From positions 1 through 64,000 of the forward strand of contig CAWIDK010000003.1 of NCBI GenBank assembly GCA_963834865.1: DNA of 64,000 bases, given 5' to 3'. The translations under genes were made by a program, and so were the position numbers. Origin of the DNA: an uncultured Gemmataceae bacterium. Lineage in GTDB: Bacteria > Planctomycetota > Planctomycetia > Gemmatales > Gemmataceae. Each line of letters begins with the position of its first letter. Position 1 is the stretch's first letter. Shown here one piece after another: positions 32,701 through 44,744 of the stretch. The notes beneath the pieces were generated by a model, which did no database searches, was not told the DNA's origin, and saw only the letters and a program-made list of their open reading frames with translations.

Positions 32701-35700
32701 TCCGTCGGGGTCAGCACGGACGACGGCACCGTGGCAATAAGCTACCAGAACAACGGCACGACCACTCCCCTGCTCTCGTTCAGCAATAACCAGCTTTCGG
32801 AAACATTGTCGGCAACAGAAAGCGCGATCGTGACATTCGCGAACACCGACACCAACGGCGGCACGGCCGATAACGTCGATGTGCGTGGCACGATCAACGC
32901 GCTCAGCATCAGTGCCGGCGGACAAATCCTGGCCGTCGTAAACGCAAATGCGCTGCTTGAAGACACAGTCCTGTCGATGCTCACGCTGAGCGCGGACAAC
33001 GGCATCGGCAATCAGGCAACTGCAATCGATACGGAGGTTATGGGCACTCGATGCGACGACGAGCACGGGGAGCATCTTTATCGACCAACCTGGTAGTGGC
33101 GCTACGGTGACGTTCACTGCACCGAATGGGGCCATTAACTCGGTAACATCCGTGATCGGTAGTAGCTATCCAGTAAACTCGACGTTTGACCTTTTGGTCA
33201 CGGGAGGTGGGGGCACTGGTGGTATCGTCCAGGTTACGACGAACACCTCTGGCGGCATCGCTTCGTTCGCTCTCGTCAGCGGCGGCAGTGGGTACACCAG
33301 CACGAGCGGCGCGTCCACGTCGACCGTGCTCATGCTGAGCGCCTCCACGTCGAACGGGAACATCGATGTGACCACCGCTGGGGACCTCTATCTGGCCGAC
33401 CAGACGAGCAGCAAGGGCAGCACGACGGCCGCCATCTCCACCAGCACGAGTGCCACGGTAACACTCGACGCCGGCAACATTTACAACCCGAACACGAACG
33501 CGAAAGTCGCGACGGTGGTCGCAGGCACGCTCGTCCTGACGGCAAACGAGGCCGGCACGGCCAGCGACCCCCTGGAGACCTCGGTCACCAGTCTGACGGT
33601 GGACAATGGGGTAGCCGGCGGGCTGTTCCTGAGCAATAACACGTCGCTCACGGTCACCGAGGACATTGACGGCAGCGGGGACGTTTCCATCTCCACCGAG
33701 GGAGACCTGGCGCTCGATGGTTCCATATCGGGCATCAACGTCACCTTGACGGCCACGGGCGGTGGGTTAACTTCGACGTCGACCACCACCGCCGGCACCC
33801 CCCCCGTCGTAACCGGCATCCCCCCCGTCATAACCGCCACCGGCACCCTCACCCTCAGTGCGGAGCAAATTGGCGACTCTTCTGCTTATTCCCCGGACGG
33901 TTCTGCTGACGCGGCGACCGAAGTACTTCAAACGGACGCAACAACCATCAATGCCGAGGCGGATTACGGCGGCATTTCTATCAGCAACGACAGCACCGCG
34001 GCGTTGACGCTCACCGCAGGCGCGGTTGGACCGGAATCTGACGATCTACCGACGAACAATATCGAAATCTACAGCGCGGGCAGTATCATCATTGATCCGC
34101 AAACGACCACTCTGACCGCCCTGAACGGTTCGCAAGCGGTAGGGGTCTTCAATTTGGGCGGTACAGCAACGCTTGTCGCAGGCGCGACGCTGAGCTATGA
34201 CGGTTCGACGACGACGCCAGGTGTCTCGAACTCGACAATCACCAGCGCCGCGACAACGGGCAGCGGGGCTCAGGTGTCGTTCACCGCAGCAGGAGGGATT
34301 ATCACGTCGGTGGTTTCTGCGCCCGTGGCCGGCGGCAGCGGCTACCCGGAAAGCTCGACCTTCGACCTCACGGTCACGGGTGGGGGTGGTTCCGGCGGCG
34401 TGGTGCAAGCCACGACGAATTCCGACGGCGTCGTTACATCGTTCAGCCTCGTTGCGGGAGGCAGCGGGTACACCACCACCACTGGGGCCGCCACCAGTCA
34501 GAACGCGGTCGTTGCGACAACGGGCAGCGGGGCTCAGGTGTCGTTCACCGCGGTGGGAGGGGTTATCACGTCGGTGGATTCTACGCCCGCGGCCAAGGGC
34601 AGTGGCTACCCGGACAGCTCGACCTTCGACCTCATGGTCACGGGTGGGGGTGGTTCCGGCGGCGTGGTGCAAGCCACGACGAATGCCAACGGCGTCGTTA
34701 CTTCGTTCGGCCTCGTTGCGGGAGGCAGCGGGTACACCACACTCACGACCGCCAACACCGCCACCTACGACGACGTCGTCACCGGCACGTTGTATATTGA
34801 TGGGTCCACCACGCCGGTTCCCACCTCCACGGCGGCGACCGGCACCGACTATGGTCCGCTGGTAGTCGAAACGAATACATCGGCGAGCTCAGCCACCGGG
34901 TCACAGACTTCCACCGCGCCGCTGGAACTCACGGCCGGCGAGCTCTCGGGCGGGGGCACGTTTACGGCCCCGTCCATCATCATTGACAACCTGGGCGTCA
35001 ACGGCCAACCCGGCGTGCTGACCATTTCCAGCTCCCTCACACTCGATGCGACCGATGGGTCCGTCGTATTTCTCAATCCAAACGACACGATTGACGTTAC
35101 GGGCACAATCACCGTTTATGCCGGCACGACCAGCACTAACGGAACGATCAGCAGCACTAACTCCGCGGCGACTTCCAATGACGTGACCGTGCTGGGCAAC
35201 CTTGAAACCAGCGGCGGCAACATCAGCATCAGCGCCGTCGGCAACGTCATGATCGGCACGATCAACGCCGGAAGTGGGCAAGTCTTCCTCACATCCATCA
35301 CTGGATCCATCCTCAGCAGCACCGGGACAGCTCTGGCAATCACCGGCGCAACCATCCTGAAAAGTGCGCCCCAGTCCGCCAGCGGGTCCCAGAGCGCCAG
35401 CCTGGTCCAGCTCAACGCAACCCAGGCGATCGCGGCGGCGACGCAAGCGGTCGCGGCTTACGACGCCGCCGTTGCGGAGGAGGCCGCGGATTCGGCCACG
35501 GCCGCGGCCTTGCAAGCAGAATTGACTTCCATCGACACCGCGGTCACGGATGACACGACGACGTATGACTCCGATGTGAAGGCCACCGATCAAGCGACGA
35601 GTGTGGCCAACGCCGAACTATCAGTGGTAAACCAATTGACCACCGACATCAATGATATCAATGAGTCGGCAGCGACTACGGCGCTTGCTGGCGATGTCCT

Positions 35701-38700
35701 TATAGTCGCTGGAACCCCCTTGCTCAGCAACGTCTTCTCTGCACCAGCTGGTGCCGTGCTTAACGAATCGGGGGCCGTCCTGGAGGTTGCCGCGGGTACG
35801 CTCAGCGAATCCGCAGCTAGCCTCACTTTAGAATTGCAAACCGACTCCAATACGTTGAGCAATGACGCAAGTACTGAGGCGAGTGATCAGTCCGCTCAGG
35901 ACGTGGCGCAGGCTCAGTTGCAAGCGGATACAGATACACAGACGGCTGTGCTGTTAGCATACACCAGCGTGGAGTCAGCCCACACCAGTGCAGAGGCGGC
36001 CGTCGCGGCGGACGCGGTGATCGTCACGGCGGCCCAGGAAGCGAGCGCGCAGGCAACCGCGGCCGTCGTCGGCACCGCCACGCCTCTGCCCTTGACCGTG
36101 GCCGGGCCAGTCAACATTTCCGATGCGAGCAGCGGGGCGAGCAGCGGGGCGAGCAGCGCGGGCATCGTTGTAAACACTCCGATCACGGTCGCCGAGCCTG
36201 CCAGCGGGGCTGAGGTGTCTGTTCACTGCAGTGGATGGGGCTATCACGTCGGTGACTCCTACGCCTGCGGACGGCGGCAGCGGCTACCCGGACAGCTCGA
36301 CCTTCGACCTCACGGTCACGCTCACGGGTGCTTCCGGCGGCGTGGTGCAAGCCACGACGAATGCCGACGGCGTCGTTATCTCATTTGCCGCGACGCCCAT
36401 TTCGGGAGGCAGCGGGTACACCACCTCCACCACCCCCACCGGTCCGACCGCGGTCGTTGCGACAACGGGCAGCGGGGCTCAGGTGTCGTTCACCGCGGTG
36501 AATGGGGTTATCACGTCGGTGGATTCTATGCCCGCGGCCGGTGGCAGTGGCTACCCGGACAGCTCGACCTTCGACCTCACGGTCACGGGTGGGGGTGGTT
36601 CCGGCGGCGTGGTGCAGGCCACGACGAATGCCGACGGTGTCGTTACTTCGTTCGGCCTCCTTGCGGGAGGCAGCGGGTACAATGTGGCGACCGCCGGCTC
36701 AGTTACGGGCAGCGGGGCTCAGGTGTCGTTCGCCGCGGCGGGAGGAGTTATCACGTCGGTGAATCCTGCGCCCGTGGCCGGCGGCAGCGGCTACCCGGAC
36801 AGCTCGACCTTCGACCTCACGGTCACGGGTGGGGGTGGTTCCGGCGGCGTGGTGCAAGCCACGACCAATTCCGACGGCGTCGTTACTTCGTTCAGCCTCG
36901 TTGCAGGAGCAGGAGGTAGCGGGTACAACAGCACTGTGGCGGCCGCCGACTCAATTACGGGCAGCGGCGCTCAGGTGTCGTTCACCGCAGTGGGAGGGAT
37001 TATCACGTCGGTGGATTCTATGCCCGTGGCCGGCGGCAGTGGCTACCCGGACAGCTCGACCTTCGACCTGAGGGTCACGGGTGGGGGTGGTTCCGGCGGC
37101 GTCGTGCAAGCCACGACGAATGCCGACGGCGTCGTTACTTCGTTCAGCCTCGTTGCAGGAGGTCTCGGGTACACCAACACCGGGGTGACCGCCGGCTCAG
37201 TTACGGGCAGCGGGGCTCAGGTGTTGTTCATCGCCGTGGGAGGGATTATCACGTCGGTGGATTCTACGCCCGCGGCCGGCGGCAGTGGCTACCCGGTCAG
37301 CTCGACCTTCGACCTCACGGTCTCGGGTGGTTCCGGCGGCGTGGTGCAAGCCACGACGAATGCCGACGGCGTCGTTACTTCGTTCAGCCTGGTTGCAGGA
37401 GGTCTCGGGTACACCACCACTGGGGCGCCTGTGGCCACAGGCCTGGCCGGCGTGACGATCAACGCCAATAGCCCGCTCACCGTCAGCGCCAACATTACGG
37501 CCCCCGGCGCCATCGCTCTGACGGCGGACAATGTGGATATTGCGGCCGGCACGACGATCGACTCACATTCCACCATCACCATCAACGGCGACGCCAACGA
37601 CAACGGCGGCGCCAGCGTGACTATCGACGGCAAGCTCGAGGCCCAGTCGGCCTCGATCGACATGGACGCCGGTTCCCCAGGCGATGACACCTTTAACATC
37701 ACCCCCTCGGCAACGACGCCGATCACCGTGACCGGGGAAGGCACGGACAACACGCTGAACTTTAACGCCCTTGGCCTGGCCGTGACCATCTCGGAGACCC
37801 CCTTGGGCGACACGATCACGGCGGCAGGCATGCAGCCCGTGATGATCACGAACATCGCATTCGCCCATATCACCAACGGGGCCAGCGCCCAATTCGCGAG
37901 TTTCTCCCAGGGGGCGGCCAATTTCACGCTCAACTCCGTCCCCCTCTCCGCCAGCGGCGCCTGGGTCGAACAGTCCGGCAATTTCGCTATCAGCGGAAGC
38001 ACGGACACGGCGCAGGACTCCATTGCCCTGGCCACGATCAACGGCATCAGCAATGCTGCCAACGAGGCGGTCGATCTCACGATCAACACGCTCACCACCG
38101 GAGAGCAGGCCGGACTGGTGGCTCGCTACAGCAGCTCGGGCCTGGCCAACACGTACCACGGCCCGATCACGGCGAAAGAGGTCCTCGGTATCGCGGGGAT
38201 CCCCAGCTCGGTATCGCACGTTGCCAACATGTACTATGGCTCGATCATGGCCACCTCCGCCGACACGTACACCGCCTACATCTACCTCAACGTCAATGGC
38301 GCCTCGACGCCGCTGTTCAGCCAGAACTACACGGGCACGGCGACCGGCGAGACGCTGGAATTCGACCTGGTGGGCGACTCATTGCAGTTGTTCCTGAATG
38401 GTTCGCTGGTCGCCTACACCAATGACAGCACCCTTACCACGGGCGGCGTCGGTATGATGACTTCGGGCGGGGCGGTCGTCGTCAGCAATTTCAACGCGGC
38501 ACCGATCGCGCAGCAGTCGGCTTCGAACAACTCCTACAGCGACACCTTCAACTCGCAGGGCAGCAGCGCGATCACGAGTATCGCCAACGGCCAGCTCGAC
38601 GATTACTGGGTCGACCAGTACGGTGCTTTCACCACCGGCGGGATGGGTACGGCGGAGGCGGCGACCACGCGCACCCTGGCCACGGTCAACGGCACCCAAA

Positions 38701-41700
38701 CGGCCACCAACGAGGCGGTCAGCCTCACGATCAGTTCGCTCCCGACCGGGGCGCAAGTCGGGCTGGTGGCTCGCTATTCGAAATCCACAGGAAACCCCGT
38801 AGCCAGCAGCGAAATCAGGCAATCTCCAATAGACTCTAACGGTTCTGGCCTGGCCAACACGTACTATGGCTCCATCGTGGCCACCTCCAGCACGACCTAC
38901 ACCGCCTACATCTACCTCAACGTCAATGGCACCTCGACGCCGCTGTTCAGCCAGAACTACCCAGGCACGGCGACCGGCCAGACGCTGGAATTCGACGTGG
39001 ATGGCGACTCATTGCAGCTGTTCCTGAACGGTTCGCTGGTCGCCTACGCCAATGACAGCACCTTTACCACGGGCAGCGTCGGCATGCTGACCTCGGGCGG
39101 GGCGGTTGTCGTCAGCAATTTCAACGCGGCACCGATCACGCAGCAGTCGGCTTCGAACAACACCTACAGCGACACCTTCAACGCGCAGGGCAGCAGCGCG
39201 ATCACGAGTATCGCCAACGGCCAGCTCGACGATCACTGGGTCAACCAGTACGGTGATTTCACCACCTTGGGCACGGGCACGGCAGAGGCGGCGACCGCGC
39301 ACGCCCTGGCCACGGTCAACGGCACCCAAACGGCCACCAACGAGGCGGTCGGCCTCACGATCAGCTCGCTCCCGACCGGGGCGCAAGTCGGGCTGGTGGC
39401 TCGCTACAGCGGCTCGGGCCTGGCCAACATGTACTATGGCTCGATCGTGGCCACCTCCAGCAATACCTACACCGCTTACATCTACCGCAACGTGAATGGC
39501 GCCTTGACGCCGCTGTTCAGCCAGACCTACACGGGCCCGCTGAGCACGGCCGTCGACGGCCAGACGCTGGAATTCGACCTGGTGGGCGACTCCTTGCAGT
39601 TGTCCCTGAACGGTTCGCTCGTCGCCTACGCCAATGACAGCACCTTTACCGCGGGCAGCGTCGGCATGCTGACCTCGGGCGCGGCTGTCGTGAGCACTTT
39701 CAACGCGGCACCGATCACGCAGCAGTCGCCTTTGAACAACGCCTACAACGACAACTTCACGACTGCCAATAACGGCCAGCTCGACGATTACTGGGTCAAC
39801 CAGCACGGTGCTTTCACCACCAGCGGGACGGGTACGGCCACCGCTGTGAGTTCCGTCAACCTGGCCACGGTCAACGGCATCACCAATGCCGACGAAGCGG
39901 TCAGCCTCACGATCAACACGCTCCCGACCGGGGCGCAAGTCGGGCTGGTGGCTCGCTATGACGGCTCGGGCCTGGCCAACATGTACTATGGCTCGATCGT
40001 GGCCGCCTCCAGCAATGCCTACAGCGCTTACATCTACCGCAACGTGAATGGCGCCTTGACGCCGCTGTTCAGCCAGAACTACAACGGCACGGCGACCGGC
40101 CAGACGCTGGAACTCGACGTGGTCGGCAGCTCATTGCAGCTGTTCCTGAACGGTTCGCTGGTCGCGTACGCCAATGACAGCACCTTTACCGCAGGCAGCG
40201 CCGGCATGCTGGCCTCGGGCGCGGTTGTCGTGAGCAATTTCAACGCGGCACCGATCACGCAGCAGTCGGCTTCGAACAACACCTACAGCAACAACTTCAG
40301 CACGCAGGGCCAAGACGCCATCACGAGTGCCAACAACGGTCAGCTCGACGATTACTGGGTCAACCAGTATGGCGATTTCACGACCAGCGGGACGGGCACG
40401 GCCACGGCGGCGACCAGAATCGCCCTGGCCACGGTCAATGGCATTATCAATGCCAACGAAGCGGTCAGCCTCACGATCAGCTCGCTCCCGACCGGGGCGA
40501 AGGTCGGGCTGGTGGCTCGCTATCACGGTTCGGGCCTGGCCAACATGTACTATGGCTCGATCGTGGCCACCTCCGCCGACACGTACACCGCCTACATCTA
40601 CCGCAACGTCAATGGCACCTCGACGCCGCTGTTCAGCCAGAACTACCCAGGCACGGCGACCGGCAAGACGCTGGAATTCGACGTGGATAGCTCCTCATTG
40701 CAGCTGTTCCTGAACGGTTCGCTCGTCGCCTATGCCAATGACAGCACCTTTACCACGGGCAGCGTCGGCATGCTGACGTCAGGCGGGGCGGTTGTCGTCA
40801 GCAATTTCAACGCGGCACCGATCACGCAGCAGTCGGCTTCGAACAACACCTTCACGGACACCTTCAACTCGCAGGGCAGCAGCGTGATCACGAGTATCGC
40901 CAACGGCCAGCTCGACGATTACTGGGTCAACCAGTATGGCGATTTCACGACCAGCGGGATGGGCACGGCCACGGCGGCGACCAGAATCGCCCTGGCCACG
41001 GTCAACGGCATCAGCACGCAGCAGACGGCTTTGAACCCCTTCACGGACACCTTCAGCACGCAGGGCAGCTATGCCAACGAAGCGGTCAGCCTCACGATCA
41101 GCTCGCTCCCGACCGGGGCGCAAGTCGGGCTGGTGGCTCGCTATAACGGTTCGGGCCTGGCCAACAGGTACTCTGGCTCGATCGTGGCCACCTCCGCCGA
41201 CACGTACACCGCCTACATCTACCTCAACGTCAAGGGCACCTCGACGCCGCTGGCCAAGGAGAACTACACAGGCACGGCGACCGGCAAGACGCTGGAATTC
41301 GACGTGGATGGCTCCTCATTGCAGTTGTTCCTGAACGGTTCACTGGTCGCCCACGCCAATGACAGCACCTTGACCACGGGCGGCGTCGGCATGCTGACGT
41401 CGGGCGGACAGGTCGTCGTGAGCGATTTCAATGCTAGCGCCACCACGGGAGCCAGCGACGGTCAGCTCGACGACTACTGGGTCAACCAGTATGGCGATTT
41501 CACGACCAGCGGGACGGGCACGGCCACGGCGGCGACCAGAATCGCATTGGCCACGGTCAACGGCATCAGCAATGCCAACGAAGCGGTCAACCTCACGATC
41601 AGCTCGCTCCCGACCGGGGCGCAGGTCGGGCTGGTGGCTCGCCATAACGGTTCGGGCCTGGCCAACATGGACTATGGCTCGATCGTGGCCACCTCCAGCA

Positions 41701-43076
41701 CGACCTACACCGCCAACATCTACCGCATCGTGAATGGCGCCTCGACGCCGCTGTTCAGCCAGAATTACACAGGCACGGCGACCGGCAAGACGCTGGAATT
41801 CGACGTGGATGGCTCCTCATTGCAGCTGTTCCTGAACGGTTTGCTGGTCGCCTACGCCAATGACAGCACCTTTACCACGGGCAGCATCGGCATGCTGACG
41901 TTGGGCGGGGCGGTTGTCGTCAGTAATTTCAACGCGGCACCGATCACGCAGCAGTCGGCTTCAAACAACACCTACAGCGACACCTTCAGCACGCAGGGCC
42001 AAAGCGCCCTCACGGGCGGCTACAACGGTCAGCTCGATGATTACTGGAGCAACCAGTACGGCGATTTCCGGGTCAACACGACCAACCAGACGGCGACGGC
42101 GCTGGGCTCCACCTCCCTGGCCACGGTCAACGGCATCAGCAATGCCAACGAAGCGGTCAGCCTCACGATCGACACACTGGAGACCGGAGAGCAGGTCGGG
42201 CTGGTGGCTCGCTACAGCGGCTCGGGCCTGGCCAACATGTACTATGGCTCGATCGTGGCCACCTCCAGCAACACCTACACCGCCAACATCTCCATCAACT
42301 TCGACGGCGTTTGGACGTCGTTGTTCAGCGAGGCCTACTCGGGATCGGCGCGCACGGCGCTCGACGGCAAGACACTGGAGTTTGACGTGGTTGGCAACTC
42401 GCTGCAGTTGTTCCTGAACGGTTCGATTGCCGCGTACGCCAACAATAGCACCCTTGCCACGGGCGGCGTCGGCATGCTGACGTCGGGCGGGGCGGTCGTC
42501 GTCAGCAATTTCAATGCTGTAGCCATCACGCCGCCGACGGCCAGCTATCCGTTCTCAAACATTGCGACCGGCAGCAGCCCCATCACAGGGCTGAGCAACG
42601 GTCAACTCAACGGTTACTGGAATATTCAATCCGGCGATTACGTGGACAACGCGGACACGCTCACCGGGCAGAGTTCGGGCGTCAATCTGGCCACGGTCAA
42701 CGGCGTCAGCGAGACGACTGAGAACGTCAGCGCCACCATCACTTTGACGACTGGACAGTACGCCGGTCTGGTGACTCGCTATGCCGGGCCGGGTGTTCAG
42801 AACATGTACTTCGGCGAAATCGTGGCGGGTTCGGGCACCTACACGGCTTCCATCTACCGCATCGTAAATGGCGTCTGGACGCAATTGGCGTCTCAAACCT
42901 ACAGCGGGTCGGTGACCGGCGCCGTTCTGGAGTTTGCAGTCGGCGGCACGTCACTGACTCTGACACTTGCCGGCACCACGGTAGCCACAGCCACCGACTC
43001 GACCCTTACGGGCGCTGGCTCTGTGGGGATTCTGTCCTCGGGCGGGGCCACGATCAGCAACTTCAGCGCCGATTAA
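29797..43076 (+). CDS. Giant secreted repeat protein (~4420 aa, 13.3 kb) with about 4 frameshifts (near 31160, 31495, 33045 and 36216).
   Basis: Shine-Dalgarno aggag 8 nt before the ATG. N-terminal MWMRNFLRTWLGRRQSPIQTRKKITARRKGKPTLEMLEDRLAPA motif. Five successive ORF-track pieces (29740.., 31127.., 31588.., 33107.., 36231..) read continuously in protein space. Thr/Ser/Gly/Asn-rich beta-type repeats throughout. Ends 43076. Confidence 0.8.
34200..37430 (+). repeat. Coding tandem repeats of ~81-88 aa (243-264 bp), about 10 copies, inside the giant gene.
   Basis: Recurrent unit TGSGAQVSFTAVGGIITSVDSMPVAGGSGYPDSSTFDLTVTGGGGSGGVVQATTNADGVVTSFSLVAGGSGYT with highly similar DNA. The block is interrupted by a non-repetitive Ala/Thr-rich spacer at 34.8-36.2 kb. 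Confidence 0.7.
37950..42540 (+). repeat. Coding tandem repeats of ~190 aa (~560-590 bp), about 8-9 copies, forming the C-terminal half of the giant gene. Predicted beta-sandwich (ConA/LamG-like) modules.
   Basis: Unit: QLDDYWVNQYGDFTTSGTGTATAATRIALATVNGISNANEAVSLTISSLPTGAQVGLVARYSGSGLANMYYGSIVATSSNTYTAYIYRNVNGASTPLFSQNYTGTATGKTLEFDVDGSSLQLFLNGSLVAYANDSTFTTGSVGMLTSGGAVVVSNFNAAPITQQSASNNTYSDTF. The anchor ctcgacgattactgggtcaaccagta recurs roughly every 560-575 bp. Confidence 0.75.
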
Positions 43077-43099
43077 TAGATCAGCTGGAATCTCCTGCA

Positions 43100-43369
43100 T
43101 TATTTCGTGCCAGGGCCACTAGCAGCAAACGGTTTTTCGGGCGCCAAGTGCCAATGGTCCGAAAACGGGTAGTTGAGCGTACCTGCCGCCCGGACGAGCC
43201 GGTCGTAGTCCTCCATGTCCCCGCGACTCGACGCCGCCAGGATCAACCGGAACCGTTCGCCGTTAGCCCGACGCGCAAGCAAGGCGCACCCTCGCTTGCG
43301 CGTCGGGCTAACGAACCGTTCGCCAGGGGTCAGCTTGTCGTAGTGCTTGGCCAAGCCGTTCGCGTTCAT
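43100..43369 (-). CDS. Small hypothetical protein (~89 aa) carrying an in-frame 63-nt palindromic insertion.
   Basis: MNANGLAKHYDKLTPGERF[VSPTRKRGCALLARRANGERF]RLILAASSRGDMEDYDRLVRAAGTLNYPFSDHWHLAPEKPF.. The bracketed residues are encoded by the hairpin element at 43250..43324. ATGA overlap with the upstream gene. Confidence 0.4.
   Translation of the reverse strand: MNANGLAKHYDKLTPGERFVSPTRKRGCALLARRANGERFRLILAASSRGDMEDYDRLVRAAGTLNYPFSDHWHLAPEKPFAASGPGTK
43250..43324. mobile_element. Miniature palindromic insertion: a 20-bp-stem hairpin (CGTTAGCCCGACGCGCAAGC / GCTTGCGCGTCGGGCTAACG, 13-nt loop) flanked by 12-bp direct repeats GAACCGTTCGCC.
   Basis: Hairpin plus target-site-duplication-like flanks, read directly. 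Net insert length is 63 nt, so the host ORF frame is preserved. Confidence 0.55.
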
Positions 43370-43710
43370 GCTTTGCCGTCTCCGTTGCGGTGTTTGAGAA
43401 CCGATTCGAGCGCTTCGAGGCGGGCCGCCAGGTTGCCGGCTTCGATTGCCCGCAGCGCGATTGCGGCCAGGTAGCCGATGGCGCGCGCCTTCTCCAGGGT
43501 CCCCGCCTCTTTGTCGGCGCGCACGGCGGCCACTTGCTCGCCTAGCAGGTCGATTACGTCCTGCGCGGTCTGCAACCGGAACTCGACCGGCAGGGTTGTA
43601 CAGACGGATGTACAACTCTCGCCCGCCCGTCGCTCACGGCGGTATTGGCGTTGATACTGGTTGGCGCGGTCCGGATCGGCAAACGGCATGGGCTCGTTCT
43701 CCATCACCAT
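43366..43710 (-). CDS. Hypothetical protein (~114 aa).
   Basis: ORF-track frame 43366..43761 with an internal Met start (MVMENEPMPFADPDRANQYQRQYRR..). Forms a two-gene unit with 43100..43369. No family recognised. Confidence 0.3.
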   Translation of the reverse strand: MVMENEPMPFADPDRANQYQRQYRRERRAGESCTSVCTTLPVEFRLQTAQDVIDLLGEQVAAVRADKEAGTLEKARAIGYLAAIALRAIEAGNLAARLEALESVLKHRNGDGKA

Positions 43711-44098
43711 GTTACCGTGTACCCCGGCGGCGCCGCGCGTTGCATGAAACCAGGCCCGCACGTCGCCGGTGCCGCGGACAGGTGCGGATCAAGCCGACGG
43801 CTTGCCTGCGCATCCGTCCAACAGCTTCGCGGCCAGGGCAGCCCGCTCGGCCAAGGGCAGCGTTCGCAGCTCATGGGCCAGCGCGTCCAGGCCGGTCCGC
43901 CGCTCGGCGTCCGGCAGCGCAGCCAGAGCGGCCGCAGCGACGGCCAGGTCGACGGCGGTTGCCGGGGCAGTTTCCGCTGAAATGCGCAAGCGGGGCGCAA
44001 GCCGAGAATCGGGCGCTTCGCCTGCCTTCGCGCAAGTCGTGACAGGATTGGGCTTGTGTACGTCTACCTCACCAGCGTCTTTCTGATAAACTGACAGC

Positions 44099-44740
44099 AT
44101 GTCGTCGGAAAGCGAGCGACTGCTGGTTCAGCAAATCCGCCAGGGCGACGCCCGGGCCTGGGAGCATCTCATTGCGCGCTATGAGGGCCGGTTGCTCGCG
44201 TTCGTCAATCGGCGGCTGCACGATCACGCCGCCAGCGAGGACGTGGTGCAGGAATCGTTCCTCGGCTTCCTCAACAGCCTGCCCAACTTCGACGATCGCC
44301 GCGAATTGCAGACGTATCTCTTCACGATCGCGTCGCACAAGCTCACCGACCATCTGCGGAAGAGCGGCCGGCATCCGCTGCAGCTCGTGTCGGAAGGGCC
44401 CGGCGATCTGCTGCACCTCAAGCTCGACGAGCACGCCGGCGCCTCGAGCATCGCCCGCGGGCAGGAGCAGCAGCGGCTCGAAAGCGAGGCGATCGCCCGG
44501 GCGCTGGGCCAGCTCCTCGATCACTGGCGGACGCAGGGCGAATTCGTGCGCATGAAGGTGCTCGAGCTGCTGTTCGTCAAGGGCATGGCCAATCGCGACG
44601 TGGCGGCCTTCCTGCAGGTGAGCGAGCAACACGTCGCCAATGTCCGTTTCGCCGCGGTCAAGCGGATCACGGAGACGGTCCGCCTGTCCGGCCTGCCGGC
44701 CGACGTGTTTCCGGAACTCCAGCCCGAGGTCGAGGGGTGA
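44099..44740 (+). CDS. ECF sigma factor (RpoE-like, 213 aa).
   Basis: LLVQQIRQGDARAWEHLIARYEGRLLAFVNRRL.. (region 2) and region 4 HTH ..VLELLFVKGMANRDVAAFLQVSEQHVANVRFAAVKRI. Distinct from the kinase-associated sigma factors. Confidence 0.85.
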   Translation: MSSESERLLVQQIRQGDARAWEHLIARYEGRLLAFVNRRLHDHAASEDVVQESFLGFLNSLPNFDDRRELQTYLFTIASHKLTDHLRKSGRHPLQLVSEGPGDLLHLKLDEHAGASSIARGQEQQRLESEAIARALGQLLDHWRTQGEFVRMKVLELLFVKGMANRDVAAFLQVSEQHVANVRFAAVKRITETVRLSGLPADVFPELQPEVEG

Positions 44741-44744
44741 GCCG

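Noticed and set aside
34200-42540. Regularly spaced, highly similar repeats that could be mistaken for a CRISPR array or other non-coding tandem array.
   Set aside because: Repeat units are 243-590 bp and lie in one continuous open reading frame with protein-like, Thr/Gly/Asn-rich translation. They lack the 28-37-bp repeat/spacer geometry of CRISPR and have no leader or cas genes. They are coding domain repeats.
43250-43324. Whether the hairpin at 43250..43324 belongs to palindromic family B, because of the shared CGTTAGC / CGTTTAGCG-like core.
   Set aside because: The stems differ over most of their length (CGTTAGCCCGACGCGCAAGC versus GTTTACGTTTAGCGTTCG). It was treated as a separate element family.
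43789-44100. Minus-strand ORF (103 aa) whose ATG overlaps the ECF sigma ATG as CATG.
   Set aside because: The sigma gene is unambiguous. The minus ORF is Ala/Arg/Pro-rich with no motifs and is typical GC-driven noise. It probably lies in the promoter or leader region of the sigma gene.
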